Assembly (NCBI RefSeq): GCF_000091665.1
Contig: NC_000909.1
Span: forward strand, 910,712 to 942,711
Direction: 5' to 3'
Length of the DNA stretch: 32,000 bases
DNA from: Methanocaldococcus jannaschii DSM 2661
GTDB lineage: Archaea > AGJL01 > Methanococci > Methanococcales > Methanocaldococcaceae
Part shown: positions 31,215 through 32,000 of the stretch, piece after piece
How the letters are laid out: each line of letters opens with the position of its first letter
Numbering within the stretch: the stretch's first letter is position 1
The notes under the pieces: model-generated
Database searches by the model: none
Told to the model about the DNA's origin: nothing
What the model saw: only the letters and a program-made list of their open reading frames with translations
Position numbers and translations under genes: made by a program

Positions 31215-31973
31215 TTAACCAAACCTACCACTAATGTAGTCATCTGTCTCCTTCTTCTGTGGATTTAGGAATATCTGCTCTGTCTCTCCAAACTCAATTA
31301 ATTTCCCCATTAAGAAAAAGGCAGTGTAATCAGAAACCCTACTTGCCTGCTGCATGTTGTGGGTAACAACAACAATCGTATAATCTTTAGCTAACTCAAC
31401 CATTAACTCCTCTATCTTTAATGTGGAGATAGGGTCTAAGGCAGATGTTGGTTCATCCATCAATAAAACCTCTGGCTTAACTGCTATCGCTCTCGCTATA
31501 CATAACCTCTGCTGTTGTCCTCCAGAGAGAGATAAAGCGTTTTTATGCAGTTCATCTTTAACCTCATCCCACAAAGCCGCTTTCTTTAAAGCCCACTCAA
31601 CAATCTTATCCAATTCTTTTTTATCCTTAATTCCATGAATTCTTGGGCCAAATGCAACATTATCATAGATGCTCATAGCAAAAGGATTTGGCTTTTGAAA
31701 TACCATTCCTACTCTCTTTCTCAACTCATAAACATCAACATCCTTATCATAGATATTTTTTCCATCCAATAAAACCTCTCCCTCTATTCTAACATTTGGA
31801 ATTAAATCATTTAGCCTATTTAAGCATCTTAAAAATGTTGATTTACCACATCCACTTGGCCCTATTAAGGCAGTTATTTTATTCTCATAGATTGGGAGAT
31901 TTATATCAAATAACGCCTGCTTTTCCCCATACCACAAATTTAGGTTTTTTGTTTCCATCTTCACCTTTGTCAT
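31215..31973 (-). CDS. pstB: Phosphate ABC transporter ATP-binding protein
   Basis: [23 protein letters not shown]; [33 protein letters not shown]. Confidence 0.97.
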   Translation of the reverse strand: MTKVKMETKNLNLWYGEKQALFDINLPIYENKITALIGPSGCGKSTFLRCLNRLNDLIPNVRIEGEVLLDGKNIYDKDVDVYELRKRVGMVFQKPNPFAMSIYDNVAFGPRIHGIKDKKELDKIVEWALKKAALWDEVKDELHKNALSLSGGQQQRLCIARAIAVKPEVLLMDEPTSALDPISTLKIEELMVELAKDYTIVVVTHNMQQASRVSDYTAFFLMGKLIEFGETEQIFLNPQKKETDDYISGRFG

Positions 31974-32000
31974 TTCTATCCCTTTTTTATATTTTATAAA

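Overview
This window is archaeal chromosome. Gene content and AT bias match a Methanocaldococcus jannaschii-like hyperthermophilic methanogen; that assignment is from recognising the genes, not from a database search. Most of it is core genome: ribosomal proteins S3Ae, S2 and L15e, prefoldin beta, thermosome, HisRS, ValRS, HypD, HemD, TldD, IlvE, a LeuC/HacA-type dehydratase, a CofF-like ATP-grasp ligase, a DisA_N-type cyclase domain protein and PstB. The accessory layer is the more interesting part. (1) There is a two-copy TIR element family of about 104-107 bp, TA-flanked, with an internal TGAACGCC...GGCGTTCA hairpin. One copy sits just upstream of prefoldin beta and the other is inserted in a PhoU-like gene. 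A decayed third relative lies just upstream of the HacA-like gene. (2) An apparently frameshifted Cas6-like gene lies about 1 kb from a pair of CRISPR-like degenerate repeats. (3) A palindromic segment is inserted in frame in an archaeal ATPase gene. (4) A second, unrelated 96-bp MITE-like element lies directly upstream of an uncatalogued 56-aa membrane ORF. (5) A HEPN-like gene and a partner gene form a possible toxin/antitoxin-like cassette. (6) A CTAG-type R-M system has a translationally coupled ribbon-helix-helix gene. I found no convincing new multi-gene defence system. No complete CRISPR array, tRNA or rRNA was seen.
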